Source: an uncultured Clostridia bacterium (GTDB lineage: Bacteria; Bacillota; Clostridia; TANB77; CAG-508). Taken from it: a stretch of 64,000 bases of DNA. Below are positions 46,727-56,460 of this stretch, piece after piece. Each line of letters starts with the position of its first letter. The first letter of the stretch is position 1. A program made the position numbers and the translations under genes. The notes under the pieces are model-generated. The model had not been told where the DNA came from, ran no database searches, and saw only the letters and a program-made list of their open reading frames with translations. The stretch lies in the NCBI GenBank assembly GCA_944388805.1, contig CALXKE010000009.1, positions 2,734 to 66,733 on the forward strand. The letters are read 5' to 3'.

Positions 46727-47263
46727 CTATTTATCTAAATAATCTTGTATTTTTTTCAAGAATATAGTTCTTGCTATAATATCTAACACTGCATAAATAA
46801 TAATCGTAATTCCAACAATTCTAATTGCTAACGTTCTGCTTACTAATATCACAATTCCTACAATGATCATGAATAACGCACACAATACAGTTGTAGTCCA
46901 AAGTCCTGATTTTACTTCTTTCCATACTAAAGATGTTTGAAAATTCCTGATTCCTGAAGCAATTATCCAAATCCCCAATACTACTCTAAAAATCCCTGTA
47001 ATCACATCTGAACAACATAGAACAATCACACCTAACACAGTTGCTACTAATGCAAATGTTAACAAATAATCTTCTTTATCTTTAGATGTAAAATAATCTA
47101 CTAACTTTAAAAATCCCATGATAAATAATACCATACCTAAAAGTATATATATAACAGACATCATTTCAGCTGGTTTTATCATTAACAATACACCTAATAT
47201 AACAAATAGCATAGATATGATAATATCTGTCCAACTTGTTCTTTTTAGAAAATTCTCAAACAC
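46727..47263 (-). CDS. DUF308/HdeD-like membrane protein
   Basis: 178 aa with six TM segments in the repeating pattern of the HdeD family. Confidence 0.6.
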   Translation of the reverse strand: MFENFLKRTSWTDIIISMLFVILGVLLMIKPAEMMSVIYILLGMVLFIMGFLKLVDYFTSKDKEDYLLTFALVATVLGVIVLCCSDVITGIFRVVLGIWIIASGIRNFQTSLVWKEVKSGLWTTTVLCALFMIIVGIVILVSRTLAIRIVGITIIIYAVLDIIARTIFLKKIQDYLDK

Positions 47264-47381
47264 GCCTATCCCTTCTTCCTTTTGTATTTTTTTATAATCA
47301 TATCATAAAAAAATGAATTGTACATATTTTTTTAAATTTTTCTATGATTTTGTCATTCCTTTTTTTAAGATTTCTATTTGC

Positions 47382-47963
47382 TTAGCTAATTCTTCTTTCC
47401 CGTTTTTCCTTTGATACTTTCTTATGCATAACATCTATAATTTCTGCTCGTAAAATACAGGTTAATATTCTTAACATATACTCTATATCTTCGTCATTTC
47501 CGATGGATAATAAACTTGTATTTATATAACAATTATCCTTATCCATATTTTTTAAATCTGCAAATTTTTTTAACTTTATATTTTTATAGATATTGACATT
47601 TTCATTTCTTAATTTGTTAATAATATTTTGAAATAATTTTACTTCTTTCTCGTGATAATTTTTATCTACAAAATAAGAATATAAATCCAATGTTGTCAAA
47701 AATATATCTCCTTCATTTTGTATTAGAAACTCTTTAATTTTTTCTTTTTCATCATTTAAGAAATCTTCTATAATATATTTTAAAGCATCTTCCTTATCTT
47801 CAAAATACTGATAAAAACTTCCTCTTGGTATATTTGCTTCTTCTATCATATTACTAATAGATGCTTTTTCAAAAGTATGTTTTGTAAATTCATTTTTTAG
47901 CGCTTTTTTTATTTTTTCTCTTTTTTCTTCATTTAAATTATAAAACGTAGATTTTGGCATCAT
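47382..47963 (-). CDS. TetR/AcrR-family transcriptional regulator
   Basis: N-terminal HTH (ASISNMIEEANIPRGSFYQYF). Confidence 0.8.
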   Translation of the reverse strand: MMPKSTFYNLNEEKREKIKKALKNEFTKHTFEKASISNMIEEANIPRGSFYQYFEDKEDALKYIIEDFLNDEKEKIKEFLIQNEGDIFLTTLDLYSYFVDKNYHEKEVKLFQNIINKLRNENVNIYKNIKLKKFADLKNMDKDNCYINTSLLSIGNDEDIEYMLRILTCILRAEIIDVMHKKVSKEKRERRIS

Positions 47964-48029
47964 ACACCTCCAAATACATTGCTAGATAACAAAAAATAGT
48001 ACTTCTATAAAGCACTACTTTCCCCTTCA

Positions 48030-48221
48030 TTATGCATCTTTATTTTCTTTTTTAGCAATTACTTCTTTTCCATCATAATATCCGCAGTTTTTGCATACTC
48101 TATGTGGCATTACTGGTTCATGACAATGTGGACAAGTTGTATATGCAGGTTGTTCCTTTTTCCATGTTGATCTTTTTGCATGTGTTCTTGCTTTAGACCA
48201 TCTTCTTTTTGGTTGTGCCAT
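48030..48221 (-). CDS. rpmF: 50S ribosomal protein L32
   Basis: MAQPKRRWSKARTHAKR..CPHC..HRVCKNCGYY. Confidence 0.95.
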   Translation of the reverse strand: MAQPKRRWSKARTHAKRSTWKKEQPAYTTCPHCHEPVMPHRVCKNCGYYDGKEVIAKKENKDA

Positions 48222-48318
48222 CTAAATCCCTCCTTGCTTAAGATATATGTATATATCTATTGTTATTTTTATCGATATTTTAGTCACTATAAGATTATAC
48301 AAGTATTTTCATTTTTTG

Positions 48319-48876
48319 TCAACTGTTGCCACAATATTTTTTGTACAATTCTTGTACTTTTTTCTTTGTTAATACCTTATCTATTCCTTCAATACTGACT
48401 TGTGTAAAAAAATCTGTTAACATATCTTTTAATTTTTCATTAATTAATAATTTTTCTCTTTCTTTTTTCCAATATGTTAGTGGATATTCTTTATTCCAAT
48501 TTTTTCCTTGATAAGTAATTCCTGCTGCTAATTTATCACATATCATTTCAGCCGTATACTTATATGGCATAATAGGTGTCTTTTCTGGTGCATTCATATC
48601 TACCCAATATTCACTATGATGCTTATTTCTTCCTTTATGATGCAACCATGATTCAGAATATCCTTTATCTTGTTTGCAACTTACAATTGGCGAACGATTT
48701 CCTTCATAATATCGTACACTTTCTAAAAATTCTGTTGGAGAATATTTAGATAAATCATGTACAAGTCCTCTCCAAAATAATCCAAGCCTACAACATAATT
48801 TAAAAACTTCCCATTTATGTTTGGTAATTAATATAAAATGTTTTACTACATTTTTAAATTTTATTTTACGTTTCAT
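48319..48876 (-). CDS. Hypothetical protein (DUF5662-like)
   Basis: 185 aa. HDLSKYSPTEF..YYEG..SP recalls the DUF5662 family. From memory only. Confidence 0.45.
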   Translation of the reverse strand: MKRKIKFKNVVKHFILITKHKWEVFKLCCRLGLFWRGLVHDLSKYSPTEFLESVRYYEGNRSPIVSCKQDKGYSESWLHHKGRNKHHSEYWVDMNAPEKTPIMPYKYTAEMICDKLAAGITYQGKNWNKEYPLTYWKKEREKLLINEKLKDMLTDFFTQVSIEGIDKVLTKKKVQELYKKYCGNS

Positions 48877-49038
48877 TTTTCATATTCAGTCCTTTCTTAG
48901 TAGTAAAATCTGATTCATTTTTCTTGCTTAATATGACAATTTACCTTTCTATGTTAAGTCTACTATACTTTTTTTCTAAAATCAATAAATTTTATTTGTT
49001 TTTTTGCATATCATATATAGATTGGAGGTATAAAATAC

Positions 49039-50862
49039 ATGTGTGGTTTTACTGGATTTGTAAATATAAAAGAAAAATTACATGAAAATTCTAAAACAAT
49101 TTTAGAAAATATGAATGAGACATTATCGAAAAGAGGACCTGATGAAGATGGTTATTTTGTTTCAGATAATGCCTATTTGGCACATAAACGATTAATCGTG
49201 ATTGATCCTGATGGCGGAAAACAACCAATGATAGAACATACATCCTATGGAGATTACATTATTTGCTATAATGGACAAATATATAACACAAAAGAACTTA
49301 GAGACATCTTAATCAAACAGGGTTTTACATTTAAAGGACATTGTGATACAGAAGTCATTTTAAAAGGATATATTCATTTTGGAAAAGAAATTGTCCATCA
49401 CTTAAATGGTATTTTTGCTTTTGCTATTTGGAATACAAAAGAAAAAGAACTATTTATGGCAAGAGATCATTTTGGTGTCAAACCATTATTTTATTCTGTA
49501 TTCCATAACACCTTAGTATTTGGTTCAGAAATAAAAGCGATATTTCAATATCCTGGAATCGAAAAAATCTTAGATAGTCAAGGTATATCTGAATTATTAG
49601 GCATTGGTCCTAGCCATACACCTGGTACAACCATTTTTAAAAATATTTATGAACTGAAACCTGCTCATTTTGCTGTGTTTAATGAATATGGTTTAAAAGT
49701 CAAACGATATTGGAAATTACATTCAGAACAACATACGGATAATCTAGCACAAACTTGTAATAACGTTCGTTACTTATTAAAAGATGCAATTGAACGTCAA
49801 TTGGTTTCAGATGTTCCTTTATGTACGTTCTTATCTGGTGGTTTAGATTCTAGTATTATTACAAAATTTGCTGCTGATTTCTACGAAAAAGAAAATTTGC
49901 CACTTCTAGATACCTATTCGATTGATTATGTAGATAATGATAAAAACTTTGTTAAAAGCGATTTTCAGCCAAATTCAGATAATTATTATATAGATTTAAT
50001 GTGTAAAAATTTGCATACCAAACATCATAATATTGTGATTGACACCCCAGAACTTGCCTCTTATTTATATGATAGTATGATTGCAAGAGATATGCCTGGG
50101 ATGGCTGACATTGACTCTTCTTTATTATTATTCTGTAAGAATGTAAAACCAGAGCAAACAGTTGCTCTAACAGGCGAATGCGCTGATGAAATTTTTGGAG
50201 GCTATCCATGGTTCTTTAGAGAAGATGCTTTAAACAGTGGTACATTTCCTTGGTCAATTGCCATTAGTGAAAGGCAAACATTGTTACATCCTGACTTAAG
50301 TAAAAAAGTACATTTAAAAGAATATATTGATTATCGTTATAACGAGAGTTTAGAAGAGGTTGAAATACTAGATACAGATTCTAAAGAAACTGCTGAAAAA
50401 CGAAAAATTTCTTATTTGACTTTAAATTGGTTTATGCAAACATTATTAGACCGCTCTGATAGAATGGCTATGTATAACGGATTTGAACTCCGTGTTCCAT
50501 TTTGTGATTATCGTTTAGCACAATATGTATGGAATATTCCTTGGGAAATGAAGGCTTTAAATGGTAGAGAAAAAGGATTACTTCGTTACATTTGTAAAGA
50601 TTTCTTACCTGCTGAAATTGTAGATAGAAAAAAATCACCATATCCTAAAACACATAATCCTACCTATTTGGCTAAGGTAAAAGATATGTTAACAAATATT
50701 ATGCAAAATCCAAATGCACCGATTAATGATTTATTAAACAGACAATATATTCTAGAAATATTAGATACAAATGGTTCTAGTTTTACTAGACCTTGGTTTG
50801 GTCAATTGATGACTCGGGCCTCAACTCATGGCATATTTGTGCCAGGTAAATATGTGGCTTGA
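49039..50862 (+). CDS. asnB: Asparagine synthase (glutamine-hydrolysing), C-terminus frameshifted
   Basis: N-terminal nucleophile MCGF and PP-loop FLSGGLDSS. The conserved-looking C-terminal peptide LGPQLMAYLCQVNMWLEKYEPKIEI is in the +1 frame (stop at 50888-50890). Confidence 0.9.
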   Translation: MCGFTGFVNIKEKLHENSKTILENMNETLSKRGPDEDGYFVSDNAYLAHKRLIVIDPDGGKQPMIEHTSYGDYIICYNGQIYNTKELRDILIKQGFTFKGHCDTEVILKGYIHFGKEIVHHLNGIFAFAIWNTKEKELFMARDHFGVKPLFYSVFHNTLVFGSEIKAIFQYPGIEKILDSQGISELLGIGPSHTPGTTIFKNIYELKPAHFAVFNEYGLKVKRYWKLHSEQHTDNLAQTCNNVRYLLKDAIERQLVSDVPLCTFLSGGLDSSIITKFAADFYEKENLPLLDTYSIDYVDNDKNFVKSDFQPNSDNYYIDLMCKNLHTKHHNIVIDTPELASYLYDSMIARDMPGMADIDSSLLLFCKNVKPEQTVALTGECADEIFGGYPWFFREDALNSGTFPWSIAISERQTLLHPDLSKKVHLKEYIDYRYNESLEEVEILDTDSKETAEKRKISYLTLNWFMQTLLDRSDRMAMYNGFELRVPFCDYRLAQYVWNIPWEMKALNGREKGLLRYICKDFLPAEIVDRKKSPYPKTHNPTYLAKVKDMLTNIMQNPNAPINDLLNRQYILEILDTNGSSFTRPWFGQLMTRASTHGIFVPGKYVA

Positions 50863-50892
50863 GAAATATGAGCCTAAAATTGAAATATAAAT
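50811..50892 (+). repeat. asnB 3'-end segment, direct-repeat copy 1
   Basis: 82 bp aligning without gaps to 52782-52863 with 7 mismatches. The last 52 bp differ at 1 position. Confidence 0.95.
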
Positions 50893-50895
50893 GCT

Positions 50896-50921
50896 AAAAA
50901 GAACACAGTTGTGTTCTTTTT
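50896..50921 (+). terminator. asnB terminator
   Basis: aaaaagaacac-agtt-gtgttcttttt hairpin with a U-tail. Confidence 0.65.
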
Positions 50922-50950
50922 AGCAAACTCTTATCAGTATTTTAATATTA

Positions 50951-51364
50951 CTATCTTAGGACATTTTCCTTTAACTTTCGAATTGCATAAAGAACAAATT
51001 CTCTATATTCTTTCAAATCAATTTGCCCTGCATCTTCTCCGTTTATAGAAATAGAATTTTTTAAATAGCATATATTTCTTTCTTTTACTAATAAATCATT
51101 AAGATAAAATTCATTATTTGTATTTTTGACTCTCGTCAACATCCATATCCTATTTCCTTTGAATATAGGCATTATCTTAATATCTGTTAGAACAGATTCT
51201 TTATCATATATCACCCTAATACATGTTTTAGCACTATTATAATCCAGTCCAAAAAACTCTGTACTTTTTGTAATATTTGTTGTTCTTCCAAAAAATATCG
51301 GTTTAATTATGCCTAATTCTACTTCTTGTCCTATCTCTAAATTTTTTAATGGTCCTTTTTCCAT
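50951..51364 (-). CDS. Hypothetical protein
   Basis: 137 aa from the ATG at 51364 (AGGAGG 5 nt upstream). No motif recognised. Confidence 0.45.
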   Translation of the reverse strand: MEKGPLKNLEIGQEVELGIIKPIFFGRTTNITKSTEFFGLDYNSAKTCIRVIYDKESVLTDIKIMPIFKGNRIWMLTRVKNTNNEFYLNDLLVKERNICYLKNSISINGEDAGQIDLKEYREFVLYAIRKLKENVLR

Positions 51365-51477
51365 TTTTCCTCCTTGACATTTGTCCATCTAATTTGTTTT
51401 CTTGTTGCTATATATAAACTGCCCTTTATTAGAACAGGAATAAAAAAATAATATACTAAAGTATAGCACATTTTTAA

Positions 51478-51516
51478 TAAAAAAGAAAGAGTAGTAGATA
51501 ATATTGTATCTACTAC
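51478..51516 (-). terminator. Terminator after the ORF6N gene
   Basis: gtagtagata/tatctactac stem followed on the minus strand by tctttcttttttatt. Confidence 0.7.
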
Positions 51517-51581
51517 CCCTAGGTGTCGTCCAAAGACTTCCACCGCAATCCTTGAATATTATAATATATCCTATTATTATC

Positions 51582-51647
51582 TGCAAGTTTTTCCTATGAC
51601 TTTTAAATTGTAATTGCAAGTTTTTCTGAGGACTTTTCAACTGTAAT
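51582..51647. repeat. Tandem 33-bp duplication at the ORF6N gene 3' end
   Basis: tgcaagtttttcctatgacttttaaattgtaat / tgcaagtttttctgaggacttttcaactgtaat. The second copy contains the stop codon. Confidence 0.85.
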
Positions 51648-52572
51648 TGCTTATTTTCTCTATATATTCATCATCTTCTATTCTTGAAATTGCAAAACAT
51701 TTTTTACCCAAATCTTTTAAAGAAGCTCCTATATGATACAGTTCTTTATTATCTATTATAATAAATCTATCATGAAATTTATTGGTATATGCTACTTTTA
51801 AAGTTGGATATTGTTTATTAAATTTATTTATATCTAATTTATTTAGACTAGTATTTTGTAATGTTAAAATTATTACTTCTACATTTCTATTTTTCTTTGA
51901 TAACATTTTCAAAATACTCGCATCTATGTAATTATCTATAATCAAGATTTTATGCTTTGCTTTTTGTATGATATCAATAATCAAATTATAGGCATCATAG
52001 ATTTGTCCTTCAAAAAATATTTTTTCTTTAAATTCTGTTTTTTTCTCTTTTTGTAATTCATTAAATACGATATCGAATTTTTTATCATGTTCTAACATTT
52101 TATATTCTATTTTTGTTAATCTTTCAAATATTTGTGCATTATTTGTAATAAATTTTCTCATTTCTATAAAGGCTCTTATAATATTAATACTAACTTGTAT
52201 CGCTATATCATTCTTTAGAACTCCTGCTAACATTGATATTCCTTGCTCTGTATAAACATATGGTAAATATCTTCTTCCACCATAATTTTCTTTGTTTAAA
52301 CTTGAGGTTCCAAATTGGAACCTCAAGTTTTCCACTTCTTTTTCTGTTAATTGGAAACAAAAATCCTCTGGAAATCTATTAATATTTCTTTTCATAGCTT
52401 TATTTATATTCTTAGTTGTGTACTGATATAACATAGCCACATCACTATCTAACATTACTTGTTTTCCTCTAATCATATAAATTAAGTTTTTAATGTTTTC
52501 CGTTTCATATTTTGTTATGTCTAATTTTTCATCCGTTGGTACCATATTATTTTCTTCATTCATAATTACCAC
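51637..52572 (-). CDS. ORF6N-domain protein
   Basis: GKQVMLDSDVAMLYQYTTKNINKAMKRNINRFPEDFCFQLT is typical of the ORF6N/KilA-N-related DNA-binding domain. The C-terminal HDRFIIID..YHIGASLKDLGKK module is common in this family. Confidence 0.8.
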   Translation of the reverse strand: MVIMNEENNMVPTDEKLDITKYETENIKNLIYMIRGKQVMLDSDVAMLYQYTTKNINKAMKRNINRFPEDFCFQLTEKEVENLRFQFGTSSLNKENYGGRRYLPYVYTEQGISMLAGVLKNDIAIQVSINIIRAFIEMRKFITNNAQIFERLTKIEYKMLEHDKKFDIVFNELQKEKKTEFKEKIFFEGQIYDAYNLIIDIIQKAKHKILIIDNYIDASILKMLSKKNRNVEVIILTLQNTSLNKLDINKFNKQYPTLKVAYTNKFHDRFIIIDNKELYHIGASLKDLGKKCFAISRIEDDEYIEKISNYS

Positions 52573-52781
52573 ATCCTTAATTTGTTGTATGTATTATAGA
52601 ACATATGTTCTTGAATGTCAAGTGTTTTTAATGACCTTTTATAGATAATTGCATTTTTTATCTTTTAGTAAATTTATACTGTTATTTTTTCGTATTTTTA
52701 TTAAAATTCGTACATTGCCATTTTCGAGCAATCCTTACAGCCTCTAACAAAATTGATATGTGTTTTTTTCTGACAGCCAAC

Positions 52782-52863
52782 GACTCGGACCACAACTTAT
52801 GGCATACCTTTGCCAGGTGAATATGTGGCTTGAGAAATATGAGCCTAAAATTGAAATATAAAT
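52782..52863 (+). repeat. asnB 3'-end segment, direct-repeat copy 2 (orphan)
   Basis: See 50811-50892. It encodes ..LGPQLMAYLCQVNMWLEKYEPKIEI* in one frame but lacks the rest of asnB. Confidence 0.95.
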
Positions 52864-52864
52864 A

Positions 52865-53133
52865 TCTATTCTATCATTTCCCATTTTTGCAAGCCATAAT
52901 TTAAAAGGTTCTGCTTTGGGACTTGGTATTGATTCAATCAATCTTAATATCCCTTTTGTATCTAATGTATCTGTTTCACGCATTTTGCCATCTGTAACTT
53001 TCATTTTCAACTGCACGATATTTTCGTGCAGTTGACTTCCTTCTTGTCTTAATTTTCTTTTTAAATCACTCCAATAGTTTCTCGGAATACTGCTACCAGT
53101 TAATGCTGCAATAACATCTACAACACTAAAATA
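52865..53133 (-). pseudogene. Bro-N/COG3617-like prophage antirepressor fragment
   Basis: YFSVVDVIAALTGS...LRLIESIPSPKAEPFKLWLAKMG matches the middle of Bro-N antirepressor proteins. It is truncated at both ends and fused in frame to the intron RT fragment. Confidence 0.6.
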
Positions 53134-53939
53134 ATCTTCTACTGTTGGTATTCCTAAAATTCTAGTGCCTCCACTCTTCTTTGGTATTTCTACTGCTTTT
53201 ACTGGTTTTGGAAAATATGTTCCTGATGACATTCTATTCCAGATTTTATACAAGTTGTTTTTCAAATTTTCCTCAAAATCTGTAATACTTTGTTCATCTA
53301 TTCCATATGTTCCTTTGTTTGCTTTTACTCTATCAAATGCTGTTTTTACTATTTGCTTCGAGATTTTAAACGGTTTCGTTTCTTCCATAAGTTCCTCCTT
53401 CTTTAAAGTTGACTTATTTGTTCAAACTAATAACTTTCAGTCCTTCGCTCCATTTCCATTACAGAAATTTCTTCACTACTACGACCTCATCTGCCCCTAT
53501 GACTACATTGATACTCTTATCTTACAGTTCTTCTGCTTGATATTCTCTCTTAACATTAGCCCGTAGGTTCCCATGTTTCGTATAAATGCCTATATTAAGT
53601 TCATGCCACCTTTGCACCGTTCACCACCTAGTTAGTAAACAGGTTTCCACTAGGCTCTATCCTAGACCGGTTACCACAGTCCAGTTTTGATGAAATCTCT
53701 ATGCTTTCGATGCTTTCGTAGGTGATTCACTTGTTCATTCATCTCCTTAATACATACCTGACAATTTAATCTATTGCCTTTTCTCTAATGCTCAGCACCA
53801 TATCTTTTGAATACAGCCCCTTAGAGTGGTTTGAAAACCCCACCTGTATGACGTTTCCGATAGGCCTACTATCATCATTTATACAATTATCTGTATGTTC
53901 AATCAAATTGTACTACTTGAACATACACTCATGGCGCAC
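53134..53939 (-). mobile_element. Truncated group II intron (5' RNA domains plus first ~85 codons of the RT/maturase)
   Basis: The minus strand starts GTGCGCC at 53939. It is relatively GC-rich and structured up to an AGGAGG RBS. The ORF start MEETKPFKISKQIV..RVKANKGTYGIDEQSI..LYKIWNRMSSGTYFPKPVKAVEIPKKSGGTRILGIPTVED is typical of intron RTs and breaks off after RT motif 1-2. Confidence 0.85.
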
Positions 53940-54231
53940 AGTAACAAGCATATCTCGTTAACATATAGTCTTGTAAATTTCTTCTTGCACCTGATCCTAT
54001 TTGTACCATTTTCGTGACCTCACGAAAATGGTTATCAACTTCTATGCCAGCATTTTCACAAGATTTCATTGCTTTTTTTATTGTTTCAAAAAAGTTTTCC
54101 TATCTTTTGTAACCCAATTGAATTTGCAAATCTCTTGCATACCAAAATTCTATATTTTCTTTTTCTGCTGTGTTAATAATAGAATCAAATTTTTCTTTTA
54201 ATTCTATAAGTTTTGTTTTTTCGAATTCCAT
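53940..54231 (-). pseudogene. dinD-like (DNA-damage-inducible protein D family) 5' fragment
   Basis: MEFEK..IEFWYARDLQIQLGYKR*ENFFETIKKAMKSCENAGIEVDNHFREVTKMVQIGSGARRNLQDYMLTRYACYL. It has an in-frame TAG at 54100-54102 and ends at the intron 5' boundary. Confidence 0.7.
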
Positions 54232-54657
54232 AAATATCACTTCCTTTGAATATTCACTCATAATAACATATTCATATCTTTTATTGTTTTTTGTTACATT
54301 TATTACAATATTTATGATATTACTGTATGATATATTATAAAACATTTGTTTGCGTTTGCCAAGTATTTTTCCTAATATTTATTTTATCTAAACTTAACCT
54401 CTATCGCTGTAACTTTTCCAGCTATATTTAAATCTCTAAAGTACTTTTTCTTTCAAAATACATTAATTTTCTGCCAGTAGTATTTGACAGAGTATAAAAA
54501 ATATGCTATTATATAAATACATTAAGCAATGTACTCTAGTTCGGCTTGTGTATATTGTTTATCCGTATGTGTACCTGTAATGCACATACTTTTTTTATTT
54601 TAAAAAGTAGGAAAGCACCTGTAATACTTCCCTACTTCCGACTATGTAATGACACTA

Positions 54658-54768
54658 TTAGTCTTTACTCTTTTTGTATTCTTCAAGTTTTGATTGAAGT
54701 TTGTTGTTCTTATCTCTTTCAGCTAATAGCTTCTCAACCAATTCTCGAATAAGTTCGGCTTGTGTCAT
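54658..54768 (-). CDS. Possible 36-aa helical small ORF
   Basis: GGAGAGGGGG RBS about 8 nt upstream. Sequence: MTQAELIRELVEKLLAERDKNNKLQSKLEEYKKSKD. An ATG-less partial copy of its 5' end lies at 54539-54566. Confidence 0.3.
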   Translation of the reverse strand: MTQAELIRELVEKLLAERDKNNKLQSKLEEYKKSKD

Positions 54769-54989
54769 ATCATTTATCCCCCTCTCCGTCCTTATGTAAA
54801 AGACTACCTTTTGACAAGAAAGGTTGATAATATATTATAATATATTATAATATTTCATCAACTTATTCAAGCGAACAAAATAAGATTTATTTAATTATAT
54901 AAAATTATACTAAAATCTCTATAATATCTCTGCTACGAATATAGAAAAAACGGTGGAATTGCTTTTAAAAGATTCCACCTTTATTTATA

Positions 54990-56249
54990 TTATAAAATTA
55001 ATCCTATATCTTGTTCATTATAATCTTTTGGGTTTAACCCTACTCTACTTTTCATGTATTTTAGTATAAACAATATAATACATAAGCCAACTATTCCCAC
55101 TATTAAGTAGGATGTACCCGTAGAATAATATTCTAACAATACTCCTCCTAAAAACTTTATTACAATCTCTCCTATATATTGTATAAAATTATTCACAGAT
55201 AAGATTTTCGCTCTATTGTCTGAACTTGTAAAATTTGTAATATATCTTTCTTTTAGCACCCAATATGGTCCTCTAAAGAAATGATGCATAAAATATGCTA
55301 TCATAACAACTATAAGGGTAAAAACAAAATTCAAATTTAAATTCGTAATAATTCCAATCATAATAAAAGATATGAATATAGGAATAGATATAAAAGCTAA
55401 TGTCTTATTTTTAAAAGTGTTATGTATTTTATCTTGATATCCTACTGAAAAACATTGCACAAGTGTTAATATTGCAAATATGATTCCAAAATATTGTGGT
55501 ACTACTTGCAAATCTGTTAATAAACTTTTTTCATAAGTAGTAATCATTGATAAAACACCTGCAAATATTGCTGTAAAAAGAAATAATGATTTTAGTCTTT
55601 CAGATTTAATAATAAATTTAAAGCCTTGTTTAATACCTTTTATCGATTCTAGAATTGTTCTATTTCCCTTTTTTTCTTCTTCTATTTCTTCAAATCTACA
55701 AGCTAAAATAACAGCTAACATTGATACCAAACTAGATAGAACAAGTGGAATGTATGGATTCACCACAAATAAATATCCTGTAAATATTGATGAAATAGCA
55801 CTGAAAATATAACTTAAAGAGGAACCTTTCGCATTTATATTTCCAAATGAATTTTTACCTTTACATTTTTGTGTTGAAGCATATAGTAATGTGTTTCTAG
55901 CAATATCTTTTATGGCATTTCCAAAAGCAGACATAAAATATGCCAAAACTAGAAATGTAAAATTGTTTATAAAAATCATCATTGTTATTTGTATTGTTGC
56001 AAAAACAGTTCCTAATATTAATGCCTTCCTGCTCCCCATTTTTTCAATTAAAATACTGGCAGGTACTTGAAGTACTAATAAAAACAGTGAATATATAGCT
56101 TCAGCATACATTACTTTTGCAGGTGCAATCCCTTTTACTTCTGTCAAAAATAGAAATATAATCGCACTGTAAAACAATGGATCCCATCCAAAACCTTTAT
56201 AGAATGGAAATATTCTTCGATTATATTTCATTGCTTCTTCTTGTTTCAT
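54990..56249 (-). CDS. MFS transporter
   Basis: 419 aa with about 12 TM segments in a 6+6 layout around a central loop. Confidence 0.85.
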   Translation of the reverse strand: MKQEEAMKYNRRIFPFYKGFGWDPLFYSAIIFLFLTEVKGIAPAKVMYAEAIYSLFLLVLQVPASILIEKMGSRKALILGTVFATIQITMMIFINNFTFLVLAYFMSAFGNAIKDIARNTLLYASTQKCKGKNSFGNINAKGSSLSYIFSAISSIFTGYLFVVNPYIPLVLSSLVSMLAVILACRFEEIEEEKKGNRTILESIKGIKQGFKFIIKSERLKSLFLFTAIFAGVLSMITTYEKSLLTDLQVVPQYFGIIFAILTLVQCFSVGYQDKIHNTFKNKTLAFISIPIFISFIMIGIITNLNLNFVFTLIVVMIAYFMHHFFRGPYWVLKERYITNFTSSDNRAKILSVNNFIQYIGEIVIKFLGGVLLEYYSTGTSYLIVGIVGLCIILFILKYMKSRVGLNPKDYNEQDIGLIL

Positions 56250-56460
56250 TCTTTTCTCCTTAGTTTCTATATATTTTTTCGGTTGAAAAATAGTTTAATT
56301 TCTTAATTCTAGTTTATTTTCACATTGAATTATAGTATAACTAAAAAAAATAATCAATATATTAAAAAATACAAATTGCTTGAAATTACAATTCCTTAAA
56401 TATTTTTGTCCCAACACTATTAAAAGTGCTGGGACTTTGGATAAAACATTTCTTTAAATA

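Noticed and set aside
51346-51640. 65-aa and 83-aa ORFs in the intergenic region
   Set aside because: They overlap each other, the terminator hairpin and the 33-bp repeats. They have no RBS and odd composition.
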